A DNA stretch of 64,000 bases from a virus: IMG/VR virus record IMGVR_UViG_3300030110_003801, positions 64,734 to 128,733 of that record, one strand, 5' to 3'. This document shows, piece after piece, positions 28,054-35,850 of this stretch. How positions within the stretch are numbered: position 1 is the first letter of the stretch; each line of letters opens with the position of its first letter. Under the pieces are notes generated by a model, which made no database searches, was not told the origin of the DNA, and saw nothing but the letters and a program-made list of their open reading frames with translations. The position numbers were made by a program, and so were the translations under genes.

Positions 28054-28899
28054 ATGGCAATTATTCGTAACCACAAGAACAAGGACTACACTGTTATGTC
28101 CAATAACCACTTGAACAACAACGAGTTAACTTTAAAAGCAAAAGGATTACTTTCTTTTATGCTTAGTAAACCTGACAGTTGGGACTTCTCTGTAAGAGGG
28201 TTGTCGGCTCAACTAAAAGAGGGTAAAGACTGCGTTGCTAGGGCTATAAATGAACTTATAAAACACAGATACGTAGTTCGTGAACAAGAAGTAAGTGATG
28301 AAAGTTTTAAGTTTAGTAAAATTATATACCACGTATACGAAAACCCGTGTCCGGGAAATCGGGATACGGTAAAACCGGATACGGTAAACCGTCCACAAGT
28401 AAATACTAAAGAAGTAAATACTGAAGAAGTAAATACTAAAAAAGAGAAAAATAATATAAAAGAAATTCAAGAAGTTATTTCTTATCTCAACGACACCGTT
28501 GGTAAATCGTTTAAGGCAGACTCAAGGAACTCTTTAAGCTTGATTAACGCAAGACTAAAGGATTACTCTGTTGATGATTTAAAGAAGGTTATTAAGTACA
28601 AATCACAACAATGGTTGAAGGACAAGATTATGTCTCCTTACTTAAGACCGTCTACTTTATTTAACGCTACTAAGTTTGAGAATTATATTAATGAAATTCC
28701 TAAAGACTTTAGCGTGAAGCGTCAAAAGAAAAATAAGTACACAGCTTGGTCTTTAGAGCCTGAAACAATACCATTTGAATTAATGGACGATTGGTTTGGA
28801 ATGACTTACGACCAAATGGTAAAGGAAAAAGGAACTGTTACAACCGAGAATTTAATTATAAGTAAACTAATGGAAGAGAATGCAAAAGGAAACATTTGA
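28054..28899 (+). CDS. Replication initiator (N-terminal HTH plus conserved phage C-terminal domain)
   Basis: YTVMSN..L...LTLKAKGLL..MLSKPDSW; C-terminal YLRPSTLF..KFENYIN; internal iteron-like repeats. Confidence 0.85.
   Translation: MAIIRNHKNKDYTVMSNNHLNNNELTLKAKGLLSFMLSKPDSWDFSVRGLSAQLKEGKDCVARAINELIKHRYVVREQEVSDESFKFSKIIYHVYENPCPGNRDTVKPDTVNRPQVNTKEVNTEEVNTKKEKNNIKEIQEVISYLNDTVGKSFKADSRNSLSLINARLKDYSVDDLKKVIKYKSQQWLKDKIMSPYLRPSTLFNATKFENYINEIPKDFSVKRQKKNKYTAWSLEPETIPFELMDDWFGMTYDQMVKEKGTVTTENLIISKLMEENAKGNI
28362..28437. repeat. Iteron-like 15-bp-period repeats inside the initiator gene (putative ori)
   Basis: GGATACGGTAAA at 28362 and 28377; AAGTAAATACT at 28397, 28412 and 28427. Confidence 0.7.
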
Positions 28900-30793
28900 T
28901 TGGTCTTTGATTGACCAAAGTAAATTAAGAAATTTTAATGGGGAAAACTCTACAACATGTCCTATCTGTAGCCACACTAGAAAGAAAAAAGGAATTAAGT
29001 GTTTGTCGGTAAATACCGCAAAAGGGTTAGCGAAGTGTAATCATTGTGGCTCTGTATCTTTTGACCCTAACAAGAGGGACGACAAAAAAGACGACAGGAT
29101 GCAATTAAGGACTTACAAAACTCCCGATAAAAATAATATAACAGGGCTACCTGACGAGATAGTAAATTGGTTTTCAAAAGAAAGAGGTATCGAACAAAGA
29201 ACTTTAGTTCATTTTGGAATAGGCAAGTCTATACAATGGTTTCCTCAAACAGGAAAAGAAAATATTTGCGTAGCCTTTCCTTACTACAATGGAGACAAGT
29301 TGATAAACTGTAAATACAGGACAAGAGAAAAACATTTTAAACTTACCTCTCAAGCTAAACTCATATTGTATGGACTAAACAACATTAAAGATATTGATGT
29401 AGGTATAATCGTGGAGGGTGAGATTGATGCTTTAGCCGTATGGCAAGCAGGATACCCTAATGTTGTTTCCGTTCCAAATGGAGTGTCAGGACTAAGCGAT
29501 TCAGAAAAAGAAATGTTTAAAGAAACAGGTAAGTTTGATTCAGATAGACCTGTTAACTTGGAGTATATTGACAACTCTTACGATGACATTAAGCACGTAA
29601 AAAAATGGATAATTTGGACAGACACAGACCTACCCGGTCTTAAACTAAGGGATGAGCTAATAAGGAGGTTTGGTCAAGACGATTGCATGATTGTCAATTC
29701 AGGCGATTTAAAGGACGCAAATCAAGTCCTTATAGAGAAAGGTTCACTAGAGGTAGAAAGATTGATTCAGAACGCAAGAGAAGTTCAAATAGAGGGTGTT
29801 GTTGATGTTGATGTCAGACGTGATTATATAAAAAATTTAATTGAGTACGGTATTGAAAAGGGATTGGAAACTCCATTGAGAGGATTCAATAAACATTACA
29901 GACCGAAGTTAGGAGAGTTAGATACTATAGTGGGAGTCGCCAACCACGGTAAATCGTATTACGCTTTGTGGTATGCTGTTTGGACGGCTATGGAATACAG
30001 TTGGAAATGGGCGTTGTACATGCCCGAAAATGCTCCCGCCTCACGAATAGATAAAACTCTAATAGAGATACTAGTAGGAAAATCTTTTGAAAGCATAAAA
30101 TTAAGTGAAGCTGACGCTGCTATAAATTGGATTCATAAATACTTTGTTGTTGTGGATTATCAAGATAAGGTGGTGTCAATGGATGATGTTCTGATTACTT
30201 TTAAATCAGCAGTTAAGAGGCACGGTGTTAATGGTTTCATCGTGGACCCTCTTAACGATTTGTATCACGACTATACTAAAGGAAGTATAGACCAATACTA
30301 TCAAGCTATGTTGTCTAATGTGAGACGGTTTAAAAAAGCTACTAACACAAAGTTTCTTTTAACCGTACATCCTCATACTCACGCAACAAGAGAAAAAGAG
30401 CAACATAATGAGCAAGGAGAAAGACCAAGGGTTATTGAACTACCTGACGCTACGGGTGGTAATATTTTTCATAACAGGACTGATAATGGTATTAGTGTAT
30501 ATCGTAACGTTTGGAGCGATAACCCTGAATATTATCTTACATCTGAGATACATGTTCAAAAGATTAAGTTCCAAGATGAGGTCGGGAGACCAACTCCAAG
30601 ACAAAGACCTATAAAGCTAAAATTTGACCCCGCAACGAGACGATTTAAAGACGAGGACGGTGTAGATGTTCTGAAAGGAAAGTTTGAAAATAAAATCTAC
30701 GAACCTCAACAACTTTTGTCAGACAAAGGAGATGTTGATTGGCTAAAAGGCTCCTCTCTTAAAGGTAAAAATAAAGACGATTTACCTTTTTAA
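28880..30793 (+). CDS. Primase-helicase (T7 gp4/Twinkle-like)
   Basis: Zn finger CPIC...CNHC, TOPRIM IVEGEIDALA and DTDLPG, Walker A GVANHGKS, Walker B FIVDP. Confidence 0.92.
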   Translation: MQKETFDWSLIDQSKLRNFNGENSTTCPICSHTRKKKGIKCLSVNTAKGLAKCNHCGSVSFDPNKRDDKKDDRMQLRTYKTPDKNNITGLPDEIVNWFSKERGIEQRTLVHFGIGKSIQWFPQTGKENICVAFPYYNGDKLINCKYRTREKHFKLTSQAKLILYGLNNIKDIDVGIIVEGEIDALAVWQAGYPNVVSVPNGVSGLSDSEKEMFKETGKFDSDRPVNLEYIDNSYDDIKHVKKWIIWTDTDLPGLKLRDELIRRFGQDDCMIVNSGDLKDANQVLIEKGSLEVERLIQNAREVQIEGVVDVDVRRDYIKNLIEYGIEKGLETPLRGFNKHYRPKLGELDTIVGVANHGKSYYALWYAVWTAMEYSWKWALYMPENAPASRIDKTLIEILVGKSFESIKLSEADAAINWIHKYFVVVDYQDKVVSMDDVLITFKSAVKRHGVNGFIVDPLNDLYHDYTKGSIDQYYQAMLSNVRRFKKATNTKFLLTVHPHTHATREKEQHNEQGERPRVIELPDATGGNIFHNRTDNGISVYRNVWSDNPEYYLTSEIHVQKIKFQDEVGRPTPRQRPIKLKFDPATRRFKDEDGVDVLKGKFENKIYEPQQLLSDKGDVDWLKGSSLKGKNKDDLPF

Positions 30794-30797
30794 AACA

Positions 30798-30805
30798 TAT
30801 ATTTG
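30798..30805 (+). promoter_or_regulatory. Promoter -7 element for the nitrogen operon
   Basis: TATATTTG, 30 nt upstream of the P-II ATG. Confidence 0.6.
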
Positions 30806-30835
30806 TAATCAATTTTTAACCAATAAATAATCGCT

Positions 30836-31174
30836 ATGAAAAAAGTGGAAGCAATTATCAGGAAGAGTGTCTTCGCTGATGTTAAAACCGCACTCATGGA
30901 CGTTAAGGTAACTTTTTTTAGTTATTGGGACGTAACCGGAGTCGGTAATGAAAAGCTCGATATGCGTTATCGAGAAATTGAGTATAGTACTTCTGATATA
31001 CAACGGAGGTATTTAAGTATCATTGTGTCAGATGAGTTTTTAGACAGGACTGTTAAAGCCATACTAGACTCTGCTTATACAGGAGATATTGGAGACGGCA
31101 AAATCTTTGTCAGCGATGTGCAAGAAGCATATCGAATCCGAACAAAAGAAAGAGGAAACCAAACTTTAAACTAA
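30836..31174 (+). CDS. glnK: Nitrogen regulatory protein P-II (GlnK-type, amtB-linked)
   Basis: MKKVEAIIR...TGDIGDGKIFV...RIRT; 112 aa. Confidence 0.95.
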   Translation: MKKVEAIIRKSVFADVKTALMDVKVTFFSYWDVTGVGNEKLDMRYREIEYSTSDIQRRYLSIIVSDEFLDRTVKAILDSAYTGDIGDGKIFVSDVQEAYRIRTKERGNQTLN

Positions 31175-31181
31175 AAGAGAG

Positions 31182-32417
31182 ATGGAAATGTTAACTGTAA
31201 ACAACGTGTGGATGATGGTCTGCACAGGATTGGTGTTCTTTATGCACCTTGGCTTTTCTTTCTTAGAGATTGGATTAACTCGCCAAAAAAACACTATCAA
31301 CATCTTGTTCAAGAATATCTTCATCATCTGTATGGGACTTCTTGTTTACTACATTGGTGGTTTTAATTTAATGTACCCCGGATTTGAAGAAGGGGACTTA
31401 GGTATTCTTAAGTTCGCAGGATTCGGAATCGAGGCTCCTGCAAATGGAATGACTGCCGAGTATGCTTCAGGAGGATATACTTGGTGGACAGACTTCTTGT
31501 TCCAAGGTATGTTCGCAGCAACAGCAGCAACTATTGTAAGTGGAGCTGTGGCTGAACGTATCAAACTAACTAGCTTTATGCTTTTTAGTATTATTTACGT
31601 AGGTCTAGTTTACCCAATAGTAGGCTCTTGGAAATGGGGAGGAGGATTTCTTGACAAATTAGGATTCTACGACTTTGCCGGAAGTACTCTTGTTCACTCA
31701 GTAGGTGGATGGGCAGCACTAGTATCTGTATGGTTATTAGGTCCTAGAATCGGAAAGTATCTTAAAGTAAACGGAAAGTCTTTCCCTATTTTAGGACACA
31801 ACATCCCCTTTGCTACAGCAGGAGTATTAATCTTGTGGCTAGGTTGGTTTGGATTTAACGGTGGTTCAGTACTTAGTGCAGACCCTGCGTTAACCTCTTT
31901 AACTCTTGTCACCACTTGCCTTGCGGCAGCAGCAGGAGGCTTTGGAGCTGCTATTACATCTTATCTTAAGAATAAGACATTAGATTTAACTATGTTTCTT
32001 AATGGAATTTTAGGAGGTCTAGTTGCTATTACGGCAGGTGCTGACCAAATGTCTCCAAATGAATCTGTTGTAGTTGGACTTATAGGAGGTATTATAGTCG
32101 TGTTTGTCGTTTCTCTTTTAGACAAGGCTAAACTAGACGACCCTGTAGGAGCAATAGCAGTACATTTAGGTTGTGGAATATGGGGAACATTAGCGGTAGG
32201 TATTTTTGGAAACCTAGCTAGTGTGAGCCAATTCATATCACAATTCTTTGGAGTTGTAACAATAGCGGGATTCTGTCTAGTAACTTCTTTTATAATTCTG
32301 TTTACCATTAAAAAAACTATGGGACTTAGAGTTAGCAAAAGTGAAGAGCTAGAAGGACTAGATAGTTCAGAACATGGAATGTCATCTTATCCCGACTTCC
32401 GACTTAATCAACATTAA
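31182..32417 (+). CDS. amtB: Ammonium transporter
   Basis: FQGMFAATAATIVSGAVAER, DFAGSTLVH, WFGFNGGS, DDPVGAIAVH; both pore histidines are present. Confidence 0.97.
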   Translation: MEMLTVNNVWMMVCTGLVFFMHLGFSFLEIGLTRQKNTINILFKNIFIICMGLLVYYIGGFNLMYPGFEEGDLGILKFAGFGIEAPANGMTAEYASGGYTWWTDFLFQGMFAATAATIVSGAVAERIKLTSFMLFSIIYVGLVYPIVGSWKWGGGFLDKLGFYDFAGSTLVHSVGGWAALVSVWLLGPRIGKYLKVNGKSFPILGHNIPFATAGVLILWLGWFGFNGGSVLSADPALTSLTLVTTCLAAAAGGFGAAITSYLKNKTLDLTMFLNGILGGLVAITAGADQMSPNESVVVGLIGGIIVVFVVSLLDKAKLDDPVGAIAVHLGCGIWGTLAVGIFGNLASVSQFISQFFGVVTIAGFCLVTSFIILFTIKKTMGLRVSKSEELEGLDSSEHGMSSYPDFRLNQH

Positions 32418-32422
32418 AAATC

Positions 32423-32443
32423 AGGGGGCTAAACACCCCCTTT
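32423..32443 (+). terminator. Weak hairpin/terminator between amtB and the porin gene
   Basis: AGGGGG-CTAAACA-CCCCCT then TT. Confidence 0.45.
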
Positions 32444-32456
32444 AATATTTCATAAA

Positions 32457-33434
32457 ATGAAAAAGATATTTACAATTTTATTGGCACTAAGTGCATCACT
32501 TATTACAGCTCAAGATAGCTTGAAATCAAACCTTTCATTAGAAGGAAGCGCTGATATTTATTACAGAAAAAACCTTAGTACAAACAGCACAGGTGTTGCT
32601 CCTGCTACATCTTTTGCTAACCTAAATGGTTTTAGCTTAGGTATGTTTAATCTTATCGGTTCTTATGACACTAAGAATACAGGATTTGTAGCCGACTTAG
32701 TATTTGGACCTAGAGGAGAAGATGCTGTTTTCTTATCGTCAGGAAACTCTAGCATTGTCAATCAGCTTTACGCTTATTGGGATGTAAGCGATAACCTAAC
32801 TTTAACAATGGGTAACTTCAATACCTTCTTAGGCTATGAGGTTATTAGCCCCGCAGGAAACTTTAACTACTCAACTTCTTACATGTTTAGTTATGGTCCA
32901 TTCTCCCATAGTGGTCTGAAAGCCGACTTCAACCTATCTGAAGATTTTACAGGTATGGTTGCTGTCTTAAATGCTACCGATGAAACAGAGTTTAACTCCA
33001 CCAACTACAATACGCTAGGTGGTCAGTTGGCTTACAAGAGTACGTACTTAAATGCTATATACGGTAAGCAAGACTCAAGCTCTGAGGCTACTTTTCAAAT
33101 TGACTTGACAGCAGGTTATGACTTGTCAGAAAAGTTCTATCTTGGAGTGAACACTACATACAATGAAACAGAAGGTAGTGGTTTTTACGGGGTAGCCTTA
33201 TATCCTCAATATGCAATTCGCAAATTGACAACAGGATTAAGAACAGAGTATTTTAGCGAGTTTACTTCTTCCGGAAATACAGACGTTATCGGATTAACAG
33301 CTACGCTTGATTATTCAGTAGAGAATTTAAACCTAAAATTAGAGTATAGGCTTGATAAGGCTGATGATAAAATCTTTGAAACAAAGGATAATTTATCTAG
33401 CATAGTTCTAGCAGCGGTATATTCTTTTAATTAA
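32457..33434 (+). CDS. Outer-membrane beta-barrel porin (BBP2/DUF1597-like)
   Basis: Signal peptide; GNFNTFLGYEVISP..NFNYSTSYMFSYGPF.H.G; LEYRLD; terminal YSF. Confidence 0.85.
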   Translation: MKKIFTILLALSASLITAQDSLKSNLSLEGSADIYYRKNLSTNSTGVAPATSFANLNGFSLGMFNLIGSYDTKNTGFVADLVFGPRGEDAVFLSSGNSSIVNQLYAYWDVSDNLTLTMGNFNTFLGYEVISPAGNFNYSTSYMFSYGPFSHSGLKADFNLSEDFTGMVAVLNATDETEFNSTNYNTLGGQLAYKSTYLNAIYGKQDSSSEATFQIDLTAGYDLSEKFYLGVNTTYNETEGSGFYGVALYPQYAIRKLTTGLRTEYFSEFTSSGNTDVIGLTATLDYSVENLNLKLEYRLDKADDKIFETKDNLSSIVLAAVYSFN

Positions 33435-33441
33435 TCCAAGA

Positions 33442-33621
33442 ATGCAGGAAATAGAAGAAATAACAGAAGGGTGGTATTTATGCCTTAGAAACGGCAAAGA
33501 ACTACAAATGTATAACGACGGTAATGGTACATGGCACTTATCAGCTCATCACACAGACGATGTAGTGTTCAGTAGAATAGCTAAAAATCCTGACGTGGTA
33601 TTGAAAAAAATATCAAAATGA
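33442..33621 (+). CDS. 59-aa hypothetical protein (not in the ORF track)
   Basis: MQEIEEITEGWY...; ATGA overlap with the next gene. Confidence 0.55.
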   Translation: MQEIEEITEGWYLCLRNGKELQMYNDGNGTWHLSAHHTDDVVFSRIAKNPDVVLKKISK

Positions 33622-33899
33622 TAAAGGATTTAGTACCCGTTAAGTTTATTCCAAAAATTAGAAGGTTGGGTTACATAGGTTGCCCAACCTTTTATAGAGT
33701 ATCTAAGTGGTTTAGAAAAGAGCTAGGATATACATCTTGGATTGAACAGTCAGAAGATACATACATATATAAGATATACTCTATGGGTTCCTTTAGAAGA
33801 CCTAAAGGATACGATTTAAAATATCCACACTGTAAAACCTACGAACAAGCAGAAAAAGAACTTATACGTGAATTAATTAAAATAGCAGAGAAAGTATAA
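33618..33899 (+). CDS. Hypothetical protein
   Basis: PT....KWFR...TYEQAE pattern. Confidence 0.65.
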   Translation: MIKDLVPVKFIPKIRRLGYIGCPTFYRVSKWFRKELGYTSWIEQSEDTYIYKIYSMGSFRRPKGYDLKYPHCKTYEQAEKELIRELIKIAEKV

Positions 33900-33901
33900 A
33901 C

Positions 33902-34381
33902 ATGAAAAAATTAGCAGTTGAAACCCCAAGGGGAAAGCATTTTTTAAAAATACAACAAGACACACTCAAAAGACTTTGTGATTCATACAACATGAAGAAC
34001 TTAGAAATGAAGCATAAAGATGCAAGAATTGATGGTGTGTTGGGAACTCAAGACAATAAAGCCGTGTGTGTTTATGAGTTCAAATCAAGGTCTAAAGATA
34101 TAGGCTACTACAAAAAAAACGGACTTTTTATTTCTCAATATAAAATCAAAATGGGTACTAAGTATTCTGCCCTTTTTGGAGTGCCTCTTGTGTTCTATTT
34201 TTATTTATACGAACAAGACGAAATGTACAGCATAATAATGTCTGACGACAGAGGCAAAATAATAATAGACCTTCCAAAACCTGTTTACAAAACAACTCAG
34301 TATAACTGTAATAGAGAAGATGTAAAGCAAGATTTAGTTGTCTACTTACCCGTGGATAAATTCAAACTTTTAAAATTATAA
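33902..34381 (+). CDS. PD-(D/E)xK nuclease-like protein
   Basis: RIDG...YEFKSR. Confidence 0.65.
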   Translation: MKKLAVETPRGKHFLKIQQDTLKRLCDSYNMKNLEMKHKDARIDGVLGTQDNKAVCVYEFKSRSKDIGYYKKNGLFISQYKIKMGTKYSALFGVPLVFYFYLYEQDEMYSIIMSDDRGKIIIDLPKPVYKTTQYNCNREDVKQDLVVYLPVDKFKLLKL

Positions 34382-34383
34382 GC

Positions 34384-34611
34384 ATGGACTACGCAAAAGG
34401 AAACGGAGATTACAGACCGTTCAAGTTTACATTTGAAGACGGTCTTATTATTGAAATAATTCACGATGTTCACAAGCACGGATTAAGCATATTAGAATTA
34501 TTTGAAGAGTGGTATAGCATAACTGAAGAAAGAACTGTAGAAAGCTTTTGTGAATATATAATGACACAACATAAGAAATGTTTGGCTTTCCCAAAAGCAA
34601 CTTTAACTTAA
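34384..34611 (+). CDS. Hypothetical protein
   Basis: 75-aa ORF. Confidence 0.6.
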   Translation: MDYAKGNGDYRPFKFTFEDGLIIEIIHDVHKHGLSILELFEEWYSITEERTVESFCEYIMTQHKKCLAFPKATLT

Positions 34612-34618
34612 ATAAATT

Positions 34619-34870
34619 ATGGAAAAATTAAAACAATTAGGGTTTGAAATAATAGTAACCCCTTGGAAAGAAACTTTGTGGCAATTAAAAGAGGACGACT
34701 TCTTTTTGTGTTACAATGAAAAAACAAAACGATTAGACTTATCTCAAGTAGAAGATGATTACTTAATGTTTAAGAGTGTAAAAATTCAGAACGTTTCTAT
34801 CGAGAAATTAAAGACTCTTATTTCAATACTTAAACAAGATGAAAGACAACGGACAGTTCAAGAAGGGTGA
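34619..34870 (+). CDS. Hypothetical protein
   Basis: 83-aa ORF. Confidence 0.6.
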   Translation: MEKLKQLGFEIIVTPWKETLWQLKEDDFFLCYNEKTKRLDLSQVEDDYLMFKSVKIQNVSIEKLKTLISILKQDERQRTVQEG

Positions 34871-35195
34871 TGAACCTTGGAACAAGAATATGAAAGGCAT
34901 TCACTTGTCGCCTCACAGCGAGTTCAAGTCAGGTGAACAACACACAGGTAAAAACCACCCCTCTTGGAAAGGAGGTGTACAGAAAATAAAAGACGACTGT
35001 ACTTATTTGTGGAAAGACAGTAATGTAAGAGTAAGAAGACCCCGGTCGGTGTATGAAGAAAATTTTGGTCCAATACCTCAAGGATATGTTATTAGACATA
35101 TAGATGGAGATAAGAACAACGACCACCCTTCAAACCTACAGGCAATTAGTAGAGCAGAAAACATGAAACTAAACAGTAATAAAAATGGAAAATAA
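34839..35195 (+). CDS. HNH homing endonuclease-like protein
   Basis: FKKG..PWNK, HPSWKGG, HIDGDKNNDHPSNL. Confidence 0.85.
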   Translation: MKDNGQFKKGDEPWNKNMKGIHLSPHSEFKSGEQHTGKNHPSWKGGVQKIKDDCTYLWKDSNVRVRRPRSVYEENFGPIPQGYVIRHIDGDKNNDHPSNLQAISRAENMKLNSNKNGK

Positions 35196-35472
35196 CATAA
35201 GATTTGAAGCTACAGAAAGCTTAAGAATGTCAAACAGTTTTGGAACTGTAAGAGAAGAAGAAAACATCAAGCTAGATGTTAGTATAAACATAAAAGACGA
35301 AAAAGGAAGTTTTGAAATTTATGACATCAAAACAGGAGGAGAAGATTGGTACGCTGAAGGAGGTCTATGGTTTAAAGGAAAAGACTTAGTTGATTATGAC
35401 GGAGTTTTTGCACTTCCTAAATGTATAGAGTCAAAACTAACTGAATTAGAATACAACCTAGACAACTTATAA
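35185..35472 (+). CDS. Hypothetical protein
   Basis: GGLWF....LVDYDGVFALP. Confidence 0.65.
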   Translation: MENNIRFEATESLRMSNSFGTVREEENIKLDVSINIKDEKGSFEIYDIKTGGEDWYAEGGLWFKGKDLVDYDGVFALPKCIESKLTELEYNLDNL

Positions 35473-35475
35473 GAT

Positions 35476-35610
35476 ATGAAACCATTTTGGAAAAAACCCA
35501 AGTTTGTGATTTGGCACATCAAAAACGACTTATTAATACAAGCAGTACTAAACTGTATTTTACTATTGTTTATAATAGTAATATGGATTTATTGTGAAAG
35601 CATTAGATAG
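35476..35610 (+). CDS. 44-aa membrane microprotein (not in the ORF track)
   Basis: MKPFWKKPK...AVLNCILLLFIIVIWIY. Confidence 0.45.
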   Translation: MKPFWKKPKFVIWHIKNDLLIQAVLNCILLLFIIVIWIYCESIR

Positions 35611-35614
35611 ACCA

Positions 35615-35632
35615 AAGGGGCATAAGCCCCTT
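35615..35632. terminator. Terminator at the convergence of the two transcription units
   Basis: AAGGGGC-ATAA-GCCCCTT. Confidence 0.7.
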
Positions 35633-35656
35633 ATAATCTTCTAGTCGTCTAGTACT

Positions 35657-35788
35657 TTACTTAGACAACTTTCCTCTAGGGATTTGCTTAACAACAGGAG
35701 TAGAGCAACCTTTTCCTTTAATGTGTTGCGACTTTCCTATTGACCCTTTAGGACCAACATTTGAGCTTCCGCTTCCGTACTTTGCCAT
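35657..35788 (-). CDS. 43-aa basic Gly/Lys/Ser-rich microprotein (not in the ORF track)
   Basis: MAKYGSGSSNVGPKGSIGKSQHIKGKGCSTPVVKQIPRGKLSK; TTGTATA motif upstream and terminator downstream. Confidence 0.6.
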   Translation of the reverse strand: MAKYGSGSSNVGPKGSIGKSQHIKGKGCSTPVVKQIPRGKLSK

Positions 35789-35850
35789 TGGATATAGTTT
35801 TAAGTTATACAATTAAAAATAAGGATTTTCCTTATTACATTCAAGCGTTA

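Noticed and set aside
30836-33434. Host chromosomal contamination explaining glnK-amtB
   Set aside because: Phage genes abut both sides with short spacers and the same orientation; read-level confirmation is still desirable
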